A DNA stretch of 34,566 bases from Rotaria socialis (GCA_905331295.1 CAJNYD010000157.1:119887-154452); one strand, 5' to 3'. Positions 13,490-25,608 are shown, numbered from the stretch's first letter. The notes: generated by a model from the letters alone, not told the origin. Numbers and translations: made by a program.

Positions 13490-15833
13490 GGTAATGATGT
13501 TAGTGAATAAAAGTAAGGATAATAACTTGAATTAAAACTTACAATATTAACTTTGGCTTGGAGTTCTTTTATAGAATGACTGAAAAGTAATAATACTGCG
13601 AGTATTTATTTAGCGATCAATCCTATGGTAGTCGGAAGTCGAGAATAGTTTGCCCACTTATTTAATAAGTTCAATAAAACACGCAATCGACCGATAATAC
13701 TAAAATGAATATTTTATTTACCTTTTGCTTATAAAAAATTCTTTTCAAATCTTTTCTTGAGTTTCACTTTGAGAAACTTATTAACTTATACATCAAAAGA
13801 AAAACGCCTCTTCTTCTATTTTATTTATGGAAAAGAAAATCTGTTTAAAATGTTTTTCTTGAAAGAAAGACAAACTTTTCTAAGAAACAAATATATGAGT
13901 AATATATTTTTTTCATAGACACTCATAACTTTCGAATTTTCTGATTATTTAACAAAATGATTGTCTCATTCTATATTTGCACAATGGATCTTCTGACTTG
14001 TCAATTTTATCAACATCCAAAAAAACAAACTAACTTATTCGCTAAGCCTCGAGTAAATCAGAAGGATTTTTAAACGAACAGAACAACTGAAATGCATAGA
14101 AAACATTGAGAAAAACAAAAGTTATTATCGAATGACTCGGCTTTTAAAAAATAACAATCGTATTTTTAAATGCAAAAGAAAGTTAGTTTATCATCAATGT
14201 ATTGTAGATGTAAAATGTCGTGAGATAATGAATACGTATTGATGACATACTCCATTGCATAACATACGACTATATTAAAAACAAAAGCGTTCCTCTATCT
14301 CTTCTATAATAAGCAAAACAACACTTATTATACGTATATTGTTTTACGGTAAATTTGACGTAGATACATTTTTAATTATTTGTTATGAATAACACTATAT
14401 GTACGTCATGCAAAGCTGAGCATTAGGAAAAATCCTACGCAATAATTTGAAACTTTAAAATTTAATACATTCTCAGTAGTCACGAAATCTCAGTACCATT
14501 TGCATTTATCTTAGTAATCTGATCGTTAAATCTTTTAACTAGACTAATAAGATTTCAATTTTCAATCAAGTTATATAAGAACTTGAAAATTTGCAGAATT
14601 TGCTTGTTGCATGCAGCAAAATCTAATCTAAATGTTTTTGAAACAATGAGAAAGTTAGTAATTTTAATCCTACAAAAAAACATAAAAATTATTATTTTCT
14701 TTAATTGAAGCTTTTTTTCTATTTTGCGTTGGTTGAATGATTGAATGGCAATGCATTTTTATTGACGTTTCTGAAAGTCTAATGATAAAATTGAACTGGA
14801 AATTTCTTTCAACTATACAAGTACTCTTTTAAATTAAGAAAAAAAAGAACTGCATGGATTATTACACATGTTTGTATGTAGTTGATACATAAGATTACGT
14901 AACATTCTCAATCATAGATTTACGTGGATCTCATTTACTCGTAATTATAATATTTGTTGTATCTACTGATGTCATATAGGCAACGTAGCAACGATCATCA
15001 TGCAAATTTTAACTATTTTTAATCATCAATGCTCTGTTTGAACTTCCTACATTCGAATTGAAAAGAATAATGCCTTAACTAGTAAGAGGGTCTGGATGCT
15101 TCTGCCACTATAGTAGTGAATCCTGCAGATCTCTCTCATCTCATACCGACGCCCTCAATAAAAGTTTTCCTCTGCTATTGGTCATTGTCTTATAAAATAC
15201 TCCAGGCCACCATAATTTTAAAACTGATCGAAGTTTGAAAATCATTCATTAAAAAGAAATACACAGCGTCTACATAAGCAGTCACACAACAAGGACAACA
15301 AAACGTAAAATTTGGTTGAACGAATCCGAGATTTATGTAGGGGAAAGCGGCGGAAAACCTTTGCATTAAAGCTTACACTCACTATTTTCTTAGAAAACTA
15401 GGTAAAAAAACTTATTTTTCTCATAGCAATTCATATTATCCTTGATTATTGGCTTTAGCTCCTAAATCAGCTTATTTGAAATTATCGGTTCTACATATCC
15501 CTTGAGAAAAAACCAATGGTTTGACTAATTTTGAAAATTTCAGTACCAAGTCCATTTATATTGATCATGTTTTTCTTTTTTTAATTGGAAAAATTTCCAA
15601 TAGGAATATATCAAAAAATAATGAATATTTGACTAAAGCCAGATTTGAATTGTTCCACCATATCGTAGTCGATAACGTCGACTAAGTAGCTGCTCATTGA
15701 GTTGTTTTCGAATTAAATGTGGAAAATAAGGCGAATCAAAATACTTCTGAAGCAAGTATATATAAAGTGAAAAAAGTTGTTTGAAATGATCAACAAGGAA
15801 ATGAACAAGTTTAATAATACGATTTGTAGATTC

Positions 15834-15907
15834 ATTTTCACCATCAACACCAGAGCTTCGAGGGTGGGTGTAGGTGTGAAGTATTGAATACCAACAGACA
15901 CAGCCAC
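15834..15907 (+). repeat. Short dispersed repeat, copy A (GTGGGT-rich arm, core GTGAAGTATTGAATAC)
   Basis: Aligns over ~70 bp with the reverse complement of 18941-19012, including an identical TGTGAAGTATTGAATAC. Confidence 0.7.
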
Positions 15908-16699
15908 TGTGCCGATATTGATGGCACGCTTCGATGATTCTCCTTCTTCTTCCTTATGTTCTCTTTCCATTGTTATAATATATCTCTTTCCTGTCTCTCT
16001 TCTATCTCTCTCATATATATATATACGTGTGTTATGTATAAAGTTGTTACACTCTGGATATGTGCAGAAGCGAATAAACATCATTACCTAGAGTGGCGGT
16101 AAGCTACTCCACCTCTATCCAGTTTGTTTTAATAAATCAACCAGCAAGAGTCCTATTTATCGTTACAGTCATCCACAGCCTAAAGAATCAATCTATTCCA
16201 TAATCAATACTGCTATTAACAACCACGATGAACTAGATAGAGTATGACTCCCTCTTATACGCACAACGACGGAATTTATCAGCAAGAGGATAAAAATGTG
16301 ACACGAAACAGCAAGATGGAAGAAGAATAAAATACATGTCTATTTCTTCCGACAGAGTTCCCTAAAAATCCTCTAAAACATATTATCATGACTTTCCGTA
16401 ACATTAAAACGATTGAATGAGCTATTCTAATGATTATCACGTTATGATATATCTTGTAAAATCGAAAGAGAAAATTGTATTATCTTAAGTTGCCACAACC
16501 AATAAATTTCAGCAGCATGGCTCGAAACATTGATTTATTCGTTCTGTATATTTTTTTTGTTTTTCTTGTGTAAGGTCATGTTACTTTCTGTGCGATTTAT
16601 AAAAGGAAGAAATATTTTTTCCAACTTTAAAAGAAACAAGCTTGATGAAAATTAGTATTATACCTCATTGTTACTTTATTATTGGTCTATGTGGCAAAA

Positions 16700-18379
16700 A
16701 TGGCTTCGAAACAAGTTGATCAGAAATGTTCAGAATTGCGATTAGAAAAAACATCAATTAATTATGAGCAGTGGCGGCGACAAAGAACGTTAGAAGAAGC
16801 ACTTCCAATAACTCTATTTAACAGTCAAGAAAAAACAACATCGACACTCAATGGAGACTTTTTATGTGGCCAACGATTGATCGAAATTCTTTTACGAATG
16901 CAACGATTAAAACAAGACCGGCATGAGTTAATCAATCTGTGTAAACAAAGTTATGAAAGTGATCACAATGAACTACAGAAATTAGTTGAATATGAAACTA
17001 GTTATGAATCTCATACTCCCGTTTGGTGGTATACCAGAGAATCATGTCTTTTTAAATTACTGAATAAAGCTCTCCGGGTACAAGATGTTGATATGTTATT
17101 TTCATTTCGCTCTTTTATTCAAGATGTTTATCAACAGTTACAACAGTTACATCAAAATGAGCGATCGACAATATCTACGTTTCGTTTTCAATTAATGAAA
17201 AAAGATGAAATAAGAACAATTTCTCGTAATCAAAATCAATTTCTTTCTATTAACAGCTTCCTCTCAACTAGTGTGGATGAAGATTATCCCCGATTCCTAT
17301 TGGCATCAGTTTTATCCAATCTTTCCAATCCTCAAGATGACCTTGAACCAGTTCTTTTGAAAATAGTGATTGATCCAACTGGCGTAACAACAAGGCCTTA
17401 TGCTGATATAACACGTGAAAGTTTTTTTCCAAACGAGAGAGAAATTTTATTTTCAATTGGATGTATTTTTCAAGTAATTCAATCGAGAAAATATGATAAT
17501 TATTGGGCCATTGATATTCGCTTATGCGAAGACAATGAGAATCAGTTAAAAGAAGCATATGATTACATGCAAAAAACAACTGAACGTCAAACAACAATCG
17601 AATCCTTGGCTAAATTGTTAAGAGAAACAGGGAAGTACAATCAAGCCAAAAAATACTATCAAAAATTTTTAGATCAATCAGATCCTGAAAGTAAAGAAGC
17701 TGGCTATTCTTATCAAGGGCTCGGACTAATTGCGGATAATCTTGGTGATTATGATCAAGCTATTTTTTATTTTGAGAAACATCTTCAATTACATCAATCT
17801 AGAGAAAATAATCAATTTGAGATAGCAAATGCTATGCAGAATATTGCTATATCGTGTGATGCCAAAGGTGATCATAAACGTGCTCTAGAATGTTATCAGC
17901 ATGCATTGGAAATTAAGAAAACTCTGTTTGGTGAAGATCATACACATATTGCTGACCTGTACTATAATATTGGAATTACTTATGGAGTTCAAGGAAACGA
18001 AAACAAAGCACTTGAGTATTACCAAAAAGCTTTAGCGATTTATGAAAAACAACTACCTGCTGATCATCTTGATATTGCTAATGTGATTTCAAATATAGGA
18101 AGTTCATTCCAACAAAAAGGCGATTTCGATGCGGCACTGCAATCTTATGAAAAAGCTCTAGCAATTAAACTAAAAACTATACCTGAAACTCATGAATACG
18201 TCGGACGAGAATATAATCAGATAGGACATCTACATCTTCTGAAAGAAAATTATGTTCTCGCACTAGAATTTCTTCTCAAAGCGAAGGCTGTCTTCGAACA
18301 TCAAGCCTTACTTCCAACACATGCTGATGTCGTCGACAATGAAGCATTCATCCAACGAGTCAAATGCAATCTTCATTAA
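16700..18379 (+). CDS. ADP-ribosyltransferase (R-S-E type) domain fused to C-terminal TPR repeats
   Basis: WWYTRES..LLNKALR, TFRFQ (Arg), INSFLSTS (STS), NEREILF (E-x-E), followed by ~6 TPRs such as GDYDQAIFYFEKHL and YYNIGITYGVQGNENKALEYYQKAL. The start may lie in an upstream exon. Confidence 0.88.
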   Translation: MASKQVDQKCSELRLEKTSINYEQWRRQRTLEEALPITLFNSQEKTTSTLNGDFLCGQRLIEILLRMQRLKQDRHELINLCKQSYESDHNELQKLVEYETSYESHTPVWWYTRESCLFKLLNKALRVQDVDMLFSFRSFIQDVYQQLQQLHQNERSTISTFRFQLMKKDEIRTISRNQNQFLSINSFLSTSVDEDYPRFLLASVLSNLSNPQDDLEPVLLKIVIDPTGVTTRPYADITRESFFPNEREILFSIGCIFQVIQSRKYDNYWAIDIRLCEDNENQLKEAYDYMQKTTERQTTIESLAKLLRETGKYNQAKKYYQKFLDQSDPESKEAGYSYQGLGLIADNLGDYDQAIFYFEKHLQLHQSRENNQFEIANAMQNIAISCDAKGDHKRALECYQHALEIKKTLFGEDHTHIADLYYNIGITYGVQGNENKALEYYQKALAIYEKQLPADHLDIANVISNIGSSFQQKGDFDAALQSYEKALAIKLKTIPETHEYVGREYNQIGHLHLLKENYVLALEFLLKAKAVFEHQALLPTHADVVDNEAFIQRVKCNLH

Positions 18380-18940
18380 TAAATACTTGCTTGTCTATAA
18401 ATATGCTTCACCATTGCCTGTAGGGCTAATATCGAATGGATCCGGGCTAGTCCCAGGTTTAAAAAGTTTTCTTTATTTGCTCATCAACAGTAATGAAAGT
18501 GTCGATGCTTGAATGGATGTACTAGCGTGTGTTGTTATTGCTGAGGGTGAGGATGAGCGTAAGGGTGAGCATGTTCATATACACTGTACGTCAACAACTA
18601 CAAACCACACCCTCACACTCGCCCTACAATATAGGTGGTGCGGTTTGACTCGATTTCATTTCTCATCCACACAGATACTCTCAGGCGTTATCCATTAGAA
18701 GAAAGTGGAGTATTTTTTATCGTCATATGACCTGAAGTATGTATGTGCGTCAGGTTTTTTTCGGCTATGCAATGCTATTCATCTACCGTCTCTCATATCA
18801 TATAGAGGTTTTTCATAGGACTTCAGCTAAATTAATATTCTTCTGAAATTTTGCCACTATTGATGACATATGGTATAGATAAGGAATCACATGAGATCTT
18901 TGAAGTCTTAGTAAAGCTCTCGGATAGGGTGTGAACGCGG

Positions 18941-19012
18941 GTGACTGTGGATGTTCGTATTCAATACTTCACATCCACATCCACACTCTTGTAGCATATT
19001 GCTGTTGAAAAT
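18941..19012 (-). repeat. Short dispersed repeat, copy B (inverted relative to 15834-15907)
   Basis: Reverse complement reads ATTTTCAACAGCAA...GAGTGTGGATGTGGATGTGAAGTATTGAATACGAACATCCACAGTCAC. Confidence 0.7.
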
Positions 19013-19027
19013 CTTGTCCATCATTCA

Positions 19028-19240
19028 CATTATAGAAATTGACTTAATCATAGTGTATCATTATTTGCATTACCTGTTCTTTCATTTATTCGGCGTTTGT
19101 CAGCTTGCAATCCTGACATAGGCGATCCTATTATTGTTCATTGTTCAGCTGTTGTTGTTGATACAGTGTTAAAAAAGATTTGTGAACAACTTTCATTAAA
19201 TATTCCATCATTTTTACAACATATTCGACAGCAACCAAAT
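19028..19240 (+). pseudogene. Fragment of a classical protein tyrosine phosphatase catalytic domain (receptor PTP-like)
   Basis: Translates as HYRN*LNHSVSLFALPVLSFIRRLSACNPDIGDPIIVHCSAVVVDTVLKKICEQLSLNIPSFLQHIRQQPN; WPD loop reads *LN and the GxGRTG part after VHCSA is deleted. Confidence 0.8.
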
Positions 19241-19348
19241 AGAGTCACTAATTTTTCAATTATCATTTGAACAAATCGATGAGAATCTTGAGGGTGTGGG
19301 TGTGTGGATGTGACTGTATTTTTAACTCAACCACACCCACACCACCTT

Positions 19349-19484
19349 CCCAAGACACTCACGATCACCAGGATCCTGTCGGACTCACAAAATGCCGATC
19401 GGTTCCCGCCGATAGTTGCCGGATTTTATCGGATTCCGATCAAATCCGGACCGGAATCCGGGAGCAAGGATTGAGTGACCTGGG
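19349..19484. mobile_element. 136-bp GC-rich MITE-like element with CCC...GGG ends
   Basis: Imperfect TIR CCCAAGACACTCA versus CCCAGGTCACTCA (11/13 identical); internal CCGGA/TCCGG/TCGGA repeats; TT on both flanks; abuts the truncated transposase end. Confidence 0.6.
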
Positions 19485-20626
19485 TTGGTCCAACTCTTAC
19501 AACTTTTCAGTACAACTTCTTTTCTAATTCGTTTCACAGCTCGCTTCAACTCCGCAATTAACTTTTTTTTTGACTGAGCTTTGTTCCAGTTGACTTTGTG
19601 AACAAATTTGTCCCAAATAGAGCAGTCTAAAGGGTTCAAGTACGGAGAATTCGGCGGCCAATGATCTTTGTCAATAACTCCAGGAAAATGATCATTGCAC
19701 CATTTTTGAGAAAGTTTGTGAGTATGAGGCTTGGCGCCGTCTTGCTGGAATGTCAAATCATCTCCAAACACATTATTTCCATACTTTAGAGCCACAGGAA
19801 GTACTTCATCAATATATCGTTGATGATTTACCGTGCCAGTATCCAAAATAACCAAAGGAGTTACGCCTTCTGAACAAACTCCTAACCAAACCATGAATTT
19901 TTGTGGAAATTTCTCTTTTTTGTTTAACGCCGCCATTCTTATCAACTTCGACACGATTCACAGCTCAGACTTGATCGTTTTGACAGTTGTACATACCATT
20001 GAGATCAGACATTTTCTCGTCAGAAAAAAGAATTCTCAAAGATTGTTCTTTCGAAAAATTGTGATGGACCCAATTTGAAAACGTGACTCTTTTAACTTTT
20101 TGAGTATCTGTGAGTAGTGGCTCGATTCTTTTCTTGTGCGACGTTAATCCTAAATAATTTTTCAAAATTCTCTGCACGCTTCTTCTTGAAATTTCAAGTT
20201 CCCTGGCCATTTTTCGAGTTGAGGTGCGTTTCTTCCGCTCTAAACGTTTTTTAACTTTTTGAATCATATTTTTCGTTCGAATAATACGAGGGCGGCCAGG
20301 AGATGTTGACAGCTCAATAGAGCCGGTCTTGGCGATCATTTTGAACCATTGCAAAAACCCGAGTACGACTAATGGCGCCCTTCAAATCCCGAAATATATT
20401 GCTGGGTTTTTCTCCATTTTGATGCTTGGAAAGTACTCATTTTTGGAGGCCTTTACTTTTAATGCTAAAAGAAATTTTCATAGAAGAATCCGAAAAAAAA
20501 CGAATATATGGTTTTGTAGAGAATTGAATGTGGAATCTTTTGGGGAAAAGAATTGGGGTCGATAAGATTGAAACTGACGGAATTATAGGCAAAACAAAAA
20601 AGTGCGGTTCTTAATGCGCCACCCAG
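19485..20626 (-). mobile_element. Decayed Tc1/mariner-superfamily DD37D (maT) DNA transposon, 3'-truncated
   Basis: Transposase pieces: SPGRPR, HTH STRKMARELEISRRSVQRIL, FSDEK, QQDGA, WPPNSPYLNPLD with 37 residues between the 2nd and 3rd Asp; stops (e.g. 19965-19967), frameshifts, ATG mutated to ATT; one terminus TA|CTGGGTGGCGCATTAAG at 20628-20610. Confidence 0.9.
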
Positions 20627-20860
20627 TAAATACGTTTGAGATAGAGAACGATATGCTATATGTGTGATTCTTTCTATAGAATAATCTTCAAGTATAGAAA
20701 AAACTTATTCTGAAGAATTTCCAAAAAAAAGAATGACCTATTCAAAGAATTTTGCTCGATACTTTCGAAATTATTTCATATACTAGCTATACTCGAGAGA
20801 GAGAAATAGAGAGAGCTCATTTTATTCTTATGTTTTCTCTTCTACTTAATATTCTTGTAG

Positions 20861-21759
20861 GTCCTAAATGGGCACAGAATGGAGTGACTATTGCTGGAGG
20901 TAACGGGTATGGGGATGCCATTAATCAACTCTGGAGCCCTTGTGGTCTCTTCGTTGATGATGATCAAACAGTGGTCATTGCTGACTACAGTAATCATCAT
21001 ATCATGCAATGGAAGAACGGTGATACAACAAATGGACAAGTTGTTGCTGGTGGGAACGGCGCAGGAAATGGATTGCATCAATTGAATAATCCAACTGATG
21101 TATTAATTGATAACGAGACGGATAGTCTCATTATTTGTGATGCAGAGAATCGACGAGTTGTACGATGGTCTCGACTTAGTAGTACAACACAAGGTGAAAT
21201 ACTCATCGACAACATCCAATGTTTGGGATTAGCAATGAATGAGCAGAGATATCTCTACGTTTCTGATATGGAAAAACATGAAGTAAGACAATATCAATTA
21301 GGTGAGAAGAATGGCACTCTCGTAGCTGGTGACAATGGTAAAGGTGACGGACTCAATCAACTCAACGAGCCGAGATATCTCTTTGTCGATCGAGATCATT
21401 CCGTGTACGTATCAGACCACTACAATCATCGTGTAATGAAATGGAATAAAGGTGCAAAAGAAGGTATTGTGATTGCTGGAGGACAAGGCCAAGGGAATGA
21501 TCTGACACAATTATATTGGCCTGAAGGAATGTTCGTTGATACATTGGGTACACTCTACGTAGCGGACTCGTGGAATGATCGTGTAATGCGTTGGACTCAA
21601 GGAGACAAGAAACAAGGCACTGTAATTGTGGGTGGAAATGGCGAAGGAGCAGGAACAAATCAGTTCAACGTCCCCATTGGTTTGTCTTTCGATCGACAAG
21701 GTAATCTCTATGTCGCCGATTATAATAATAAACGTGTTCAACGATTTTCTATCGAATAA
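20861..21759 (+). CDS. NHL-repeat beta-propeller protein, terminal exon (5' exon not identified)
   Basis: Repeated QLxxPxGLFVD...YVxDxxNxRVxxW units (~6 blades); pyrimidine tract and TTGTAG acceptor at 20855-20860; frame open to TAA. Confidence 0.85.
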
Positions 21760-22577
21760 GACTTGTGGATTGTTTTTTCACTGTTCATTTCTTTTTCTAT
21801 ACTTTGAAATAAATGAAGAAGAAAAAGAAATTTTCTTTTACTCTTTCGCTTCAAAGAAAAGAAAAAAGCTAAAATATATAATTACGTCATATGTTTCTTG
21901 TCTTCTCCTTTTATTTATTTGTTAAATGAAAAGAAATGAATTAAATAAAAAAATTTGTTATTTTTCGCAAAAAATATTAATTATTGAAGTGAAAAATACA
22001 TTGTGTTTTTGAAAATATTATTATAATCAAAAATAAAATTTGGTTATTTAAATGAAAATTTGTATGTTTTTGAAAATATTTATCAGTAACATAAAAATAT
22101 AATTTGTTTTATTTTCACAAAATATTTATTATTGAAATGAAAAGAAATTTTGAGTTATTTTAATAATGTTTATTTTAAAAATGAAAAAAATGAAGTTACA
22201 AAATAATAAAGAACAAAAATGAAAAATATATATACTTACATTTGTGTTCGTTTTGATTGAATTGAATTGTTGAATGGAACTAAAACATAAAAAGTAACAA
22301 TTAATTTTATTGTTTTGGAATAAGATAATGAAGAAAAGTGAAAGTAATTATAATTACTTACTTTGCTGTTGATAAAATCGAGATGAACTAAAACGAAATA
22401 AGAAGAAATGAATTGATTGGAATGAAATTTTTTTTTTGCTTGCCCGTTAATAGTTGCTCGCGACCAAGAACTACCTTGGTGGTGCCATAGAGAGCCAAGG
22501 TTCTTCACGTACAGACATAGATCTAACGTGTATAGAACATACAACAGATAGATCTATATGCGGCCTGTACGTGCTAT

Positions 22578-23232
22578 CCCTAGTGAAACATCTTGTAAGT
22601 AAGATCTTGGCCAAGATCTTGGGTACAGATAAGCGAACAGATCTTGAAAATTTAGGTACAAGATCTTATTACAGATTTTAAATAAGAATTCATAAGATCT
22701 TTAATGATGCATTCTGAAAGCATGTTTGATATTTTTTCAATTTATTTTAATATTAATTGTTTCTGTCCCACATAACTCAAACAAGTCAGATGTTGGGATC
22801 TGACCGGCTTTAAGTTGGTCCGATATTCGTCAGATCAATTTAGGGTAGTCCTCTCTCGATCATCGATCGAGATCAGTATTCTCTCGAATAATCAATAGTC
22901 GAGAAATAGTTTAGAAAAAAACTTATTTGAAAATTATGTTTTGCATGTTCAATCATGTTGCTTATACTCAGTTCTGTATGCATTAAAAAACGGTGAATGA
23001 CTAGATAGCCTATCTAAATAAGCTAATTATGTCGCTTTCTGTTTTACTCAAGATTTTGTGAGAAGATAATAGTAAACGATATCTTTTCCATGATCTTACG
23101 AAGATCTTAGGTACAGATTTATCTGATACAATCAAGATATGTACATATAAATTATCTTTTCAAGATCTTGATAAAATCTTACTTACCAGTCCCAAGATTT
23201 CCAGATCTTGCTTATAAGATGTTTCATTAGGG
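22578..23232. mobile_element. 655-bp non-autonomous TIR element (MITE), CMC/CACTA-like
   Basis: TIRs CCCTAGTGAAACATCTTGTAAGTAAGATCT and (reverse complement) CCCTAATGAAACATCTTATAAGCAAGATCT; 3-bp TAT on both flanks; many subterminal AGATCTT repeats; no long ORF. Confidence 0.88.
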
Positions 23233-23233
23233 T

Positions 23234-23734
23234 ATTAACCAGCGAGTTGTATGTACTTTTTAACAAACAAAATAATTCTACTATTGTCTTCTGCTTTTTT
23301 TATTTAGTTACATAAAATAATTGCTTTACAAATACCTCATCTTGCACTTCAGCATTATACTAATGATAGTGTGAAATTAGCTATTGAATTTTTAAAAGAT
23401 TGTGGTCAAACATTACCAGAAGCTTATCCACAGCAATTAGATCCTATATTTTTAACATTAGACAATCTGCTTCATGATCAATCATTAAATCGGCGGATTT
23501 GAAGCGTATCCAGCTGTGCACTCTGGTTTAAATTTAGCTGCTAATAATAATCAAAATACATATAAGCTGGAATTACTATACATATGGAATCTTGAACCAA
23601 TGCTTGATAAGACAAACATTCAATTTGATTAAATATTTATATTCGACTATTATATTTATTTCAATAAGTTTCAATATGATGAAAAATATGAAGCTTATGA
23701 GAATGAGTATAAAGAATAGCGAAAAGCAATTCTT
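23234..23734 (+). pseudogene. CWC22: Intron-containing fragment of pre-mRNA splicing factor CWC22 (end of MIF4G domain)
   Basis: INQRV|59-bp intron|LHKIIALQ...TNDSVKLAIEFLKDCGQTL...LDNLLHDQSLNRR, then GFEAYPAVHSGLNL...EPMLD and FQYDEKYEAYENEYKE*RKAIL, colinear with CWC22 as I recall it (LINQ.V.HE...TDDSVEVAIGFLKECG...GFKDHP...NEEKYK); has a deletion/frameshift and a TAG. Confidence 0.8.
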
Positions 23735-23744
23735 CCTATGCTCA

Positions 23745-23907
23745 AAAAAACGGTGCGTAAATGGCCATAAATGGCGTAGAAGCGGTATAGAACGAGCTGA
23801 CGGATTACGGCGAAATAAGGTGATAGTTAATGCCTTACTATACCACTTTATAGCCGTTCTAGCCATGTTAAGAAGCTAGTTCCGACGGTCAGAATGATTA
23901 TCCTGGG
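23745..23907. mobile_element. Partial TIR-element end terminating ...GAATGATTATCCTGGG
   Basis: GC-richer insert that interrupts the CWC22-like sequence and ends in CCTGGG like the elements ending at 19484 and 29450; left end not found. Confidence 0.4.
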
Positions 23908-25608
23908 TTGATGATAATGATGATGAGGATGGTGCTGGTGATAAATCATATTCAACTGAACCAATAAATCAAAATCAAGCAATGGTCGCTGCAGCACAAA
24001 TTAATGCATATAGTTCAAGTTCATCAAACAATGATAAGGAAAATTAATATAAGGACCACATATATATATATATAACTATTTATTTATGTACACTATTTAA
24101 ATAAAAACAACGATTCATTCGAAATTTTTTATTATCTCTTCACCACGTGTAGAAAATGTACCAAATGAATACCGTACTGTATGAGTATGTTTAGAATATG
24201 GAATATGGAATTGATTATTGAAAGTATAACTATACAAAGAAAATTATCGAATATAGTTTCTGTAAATTGGGATGGAATACCTATAGCACATATTGATAAA
24301 TAATTCCAACTGTGTAATGTAAAGGTGTGGGTGTGGGTATGTCTTCTTCTACATCTACACCCACACACCTCAAGATTGAAAATATTCATGAATAGGTATA
24401 TTAACGATAATTGGGATAGTGATAAGATTCATGTGTAAATGCATCGATGTCGGTAACAAGTGAATTGATAATCCGAAGTTGATAATAAAGTATTCTGAAC
24501 GTTGATAAGAGTTCCATATTACATCCTTTACTTTTATGTTGGATTGAAATTAAGACGAATCATTGTTAAACATGGCCTTAGTTAACATGAATTTAGAGAA
24601 GCCTATTCATTGCACACAAAGATGCAAAATCAAACAAGTCGCGTTTTTACATTGCGGATTATGAACTCCAGCTGATAAAAAATTCAAACATCCTGTGTCT
24701 AATGCCGAAACTTTCATATCCATTGACAGATAATTCATGGAAATAGTTCAAAACAAGAAATTATTATTATCGTGTATCTTAGCGACTCATCATTACATCG
24801 CTAATACTTATTTTAAGTGTAACAAAAAGAAATATAAGTAAGATGTGAGTATTTAATGAGAAAACTTAGTCGTAATCATTAGCACTCAATAATTTAATAC
24901 TGTCTCTCATTCCACTCATCCTAATATCAAAAGGATTAATTTATGATAAATTTCTTGTTTTAAAATGATATAATTGTTTTTTTTATATCTTGATTGACTC
25001 TTCTCTGTGTTAGCTGGCTTGTTAGATACATCTAATTTATTTTTATTTATTTCGTTATTAATATCTCCGACAATTTTATAAATTTTGTATTGCTGCTAGT
25101 GAATTCTTTTTTTATGCTTCTAACGTATAAATGTATAGAAGCGAAAAGGGCAGCGACGAAGTAAGAGAAGCACTAATCTTTCATATTAACAGTCTTTTCA
25201 AGTAATTCGATCAACAATATTTCTGTTTGTTTCGTACTCATTCACTAGCGTCTAATATTTGCTATTTCTATTGCTTTAGATCTGACGCGTTGAATGGCAC
25301 ATGGTGAGCATAAATTAGAGCGTCGATCTTCTTTTACTTTCTAAGTAGAAATACAGGGTTGCAGGATGATTTGAAAAGACTCATTTGATGCACTTCGCTA
25401 GTTTGAAAGCCAGCGTACAGTTTGAGTTTGATTTCTACTACGAGCATGAAAGAGAATCTTTAAAGATTTCGTATGGCACCTTTTTCTTTAGATAGTACTA
25501 CGTGCAAAAAGAAGATTATACAAATGAAGATAACTTTGTTTCAATAGCATAAGCTTTTCGCAGTTTTTTTTCATGCGCATATCTGTTCCGAGATTGCTTC
25601 CATAATTA

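Noticed and set aside
15713..16091. ORFs of 123 aa and 60 aa
   Set aside because: They translate CT/AT-rich and repeat sequence and have no recognisable motif.
21780..22440. AT-rich quasi-repeats as a CRISPR array or satellite, and ORF 22236-22544
   Set aside because: Low complexity, no constant repeat or spacer length, no coding signature.
23576..23879. Overlapping 95- and 96-aa ORFs
   Set aside because: Off-frame readings of the CWC22 relic and the adjacent element.
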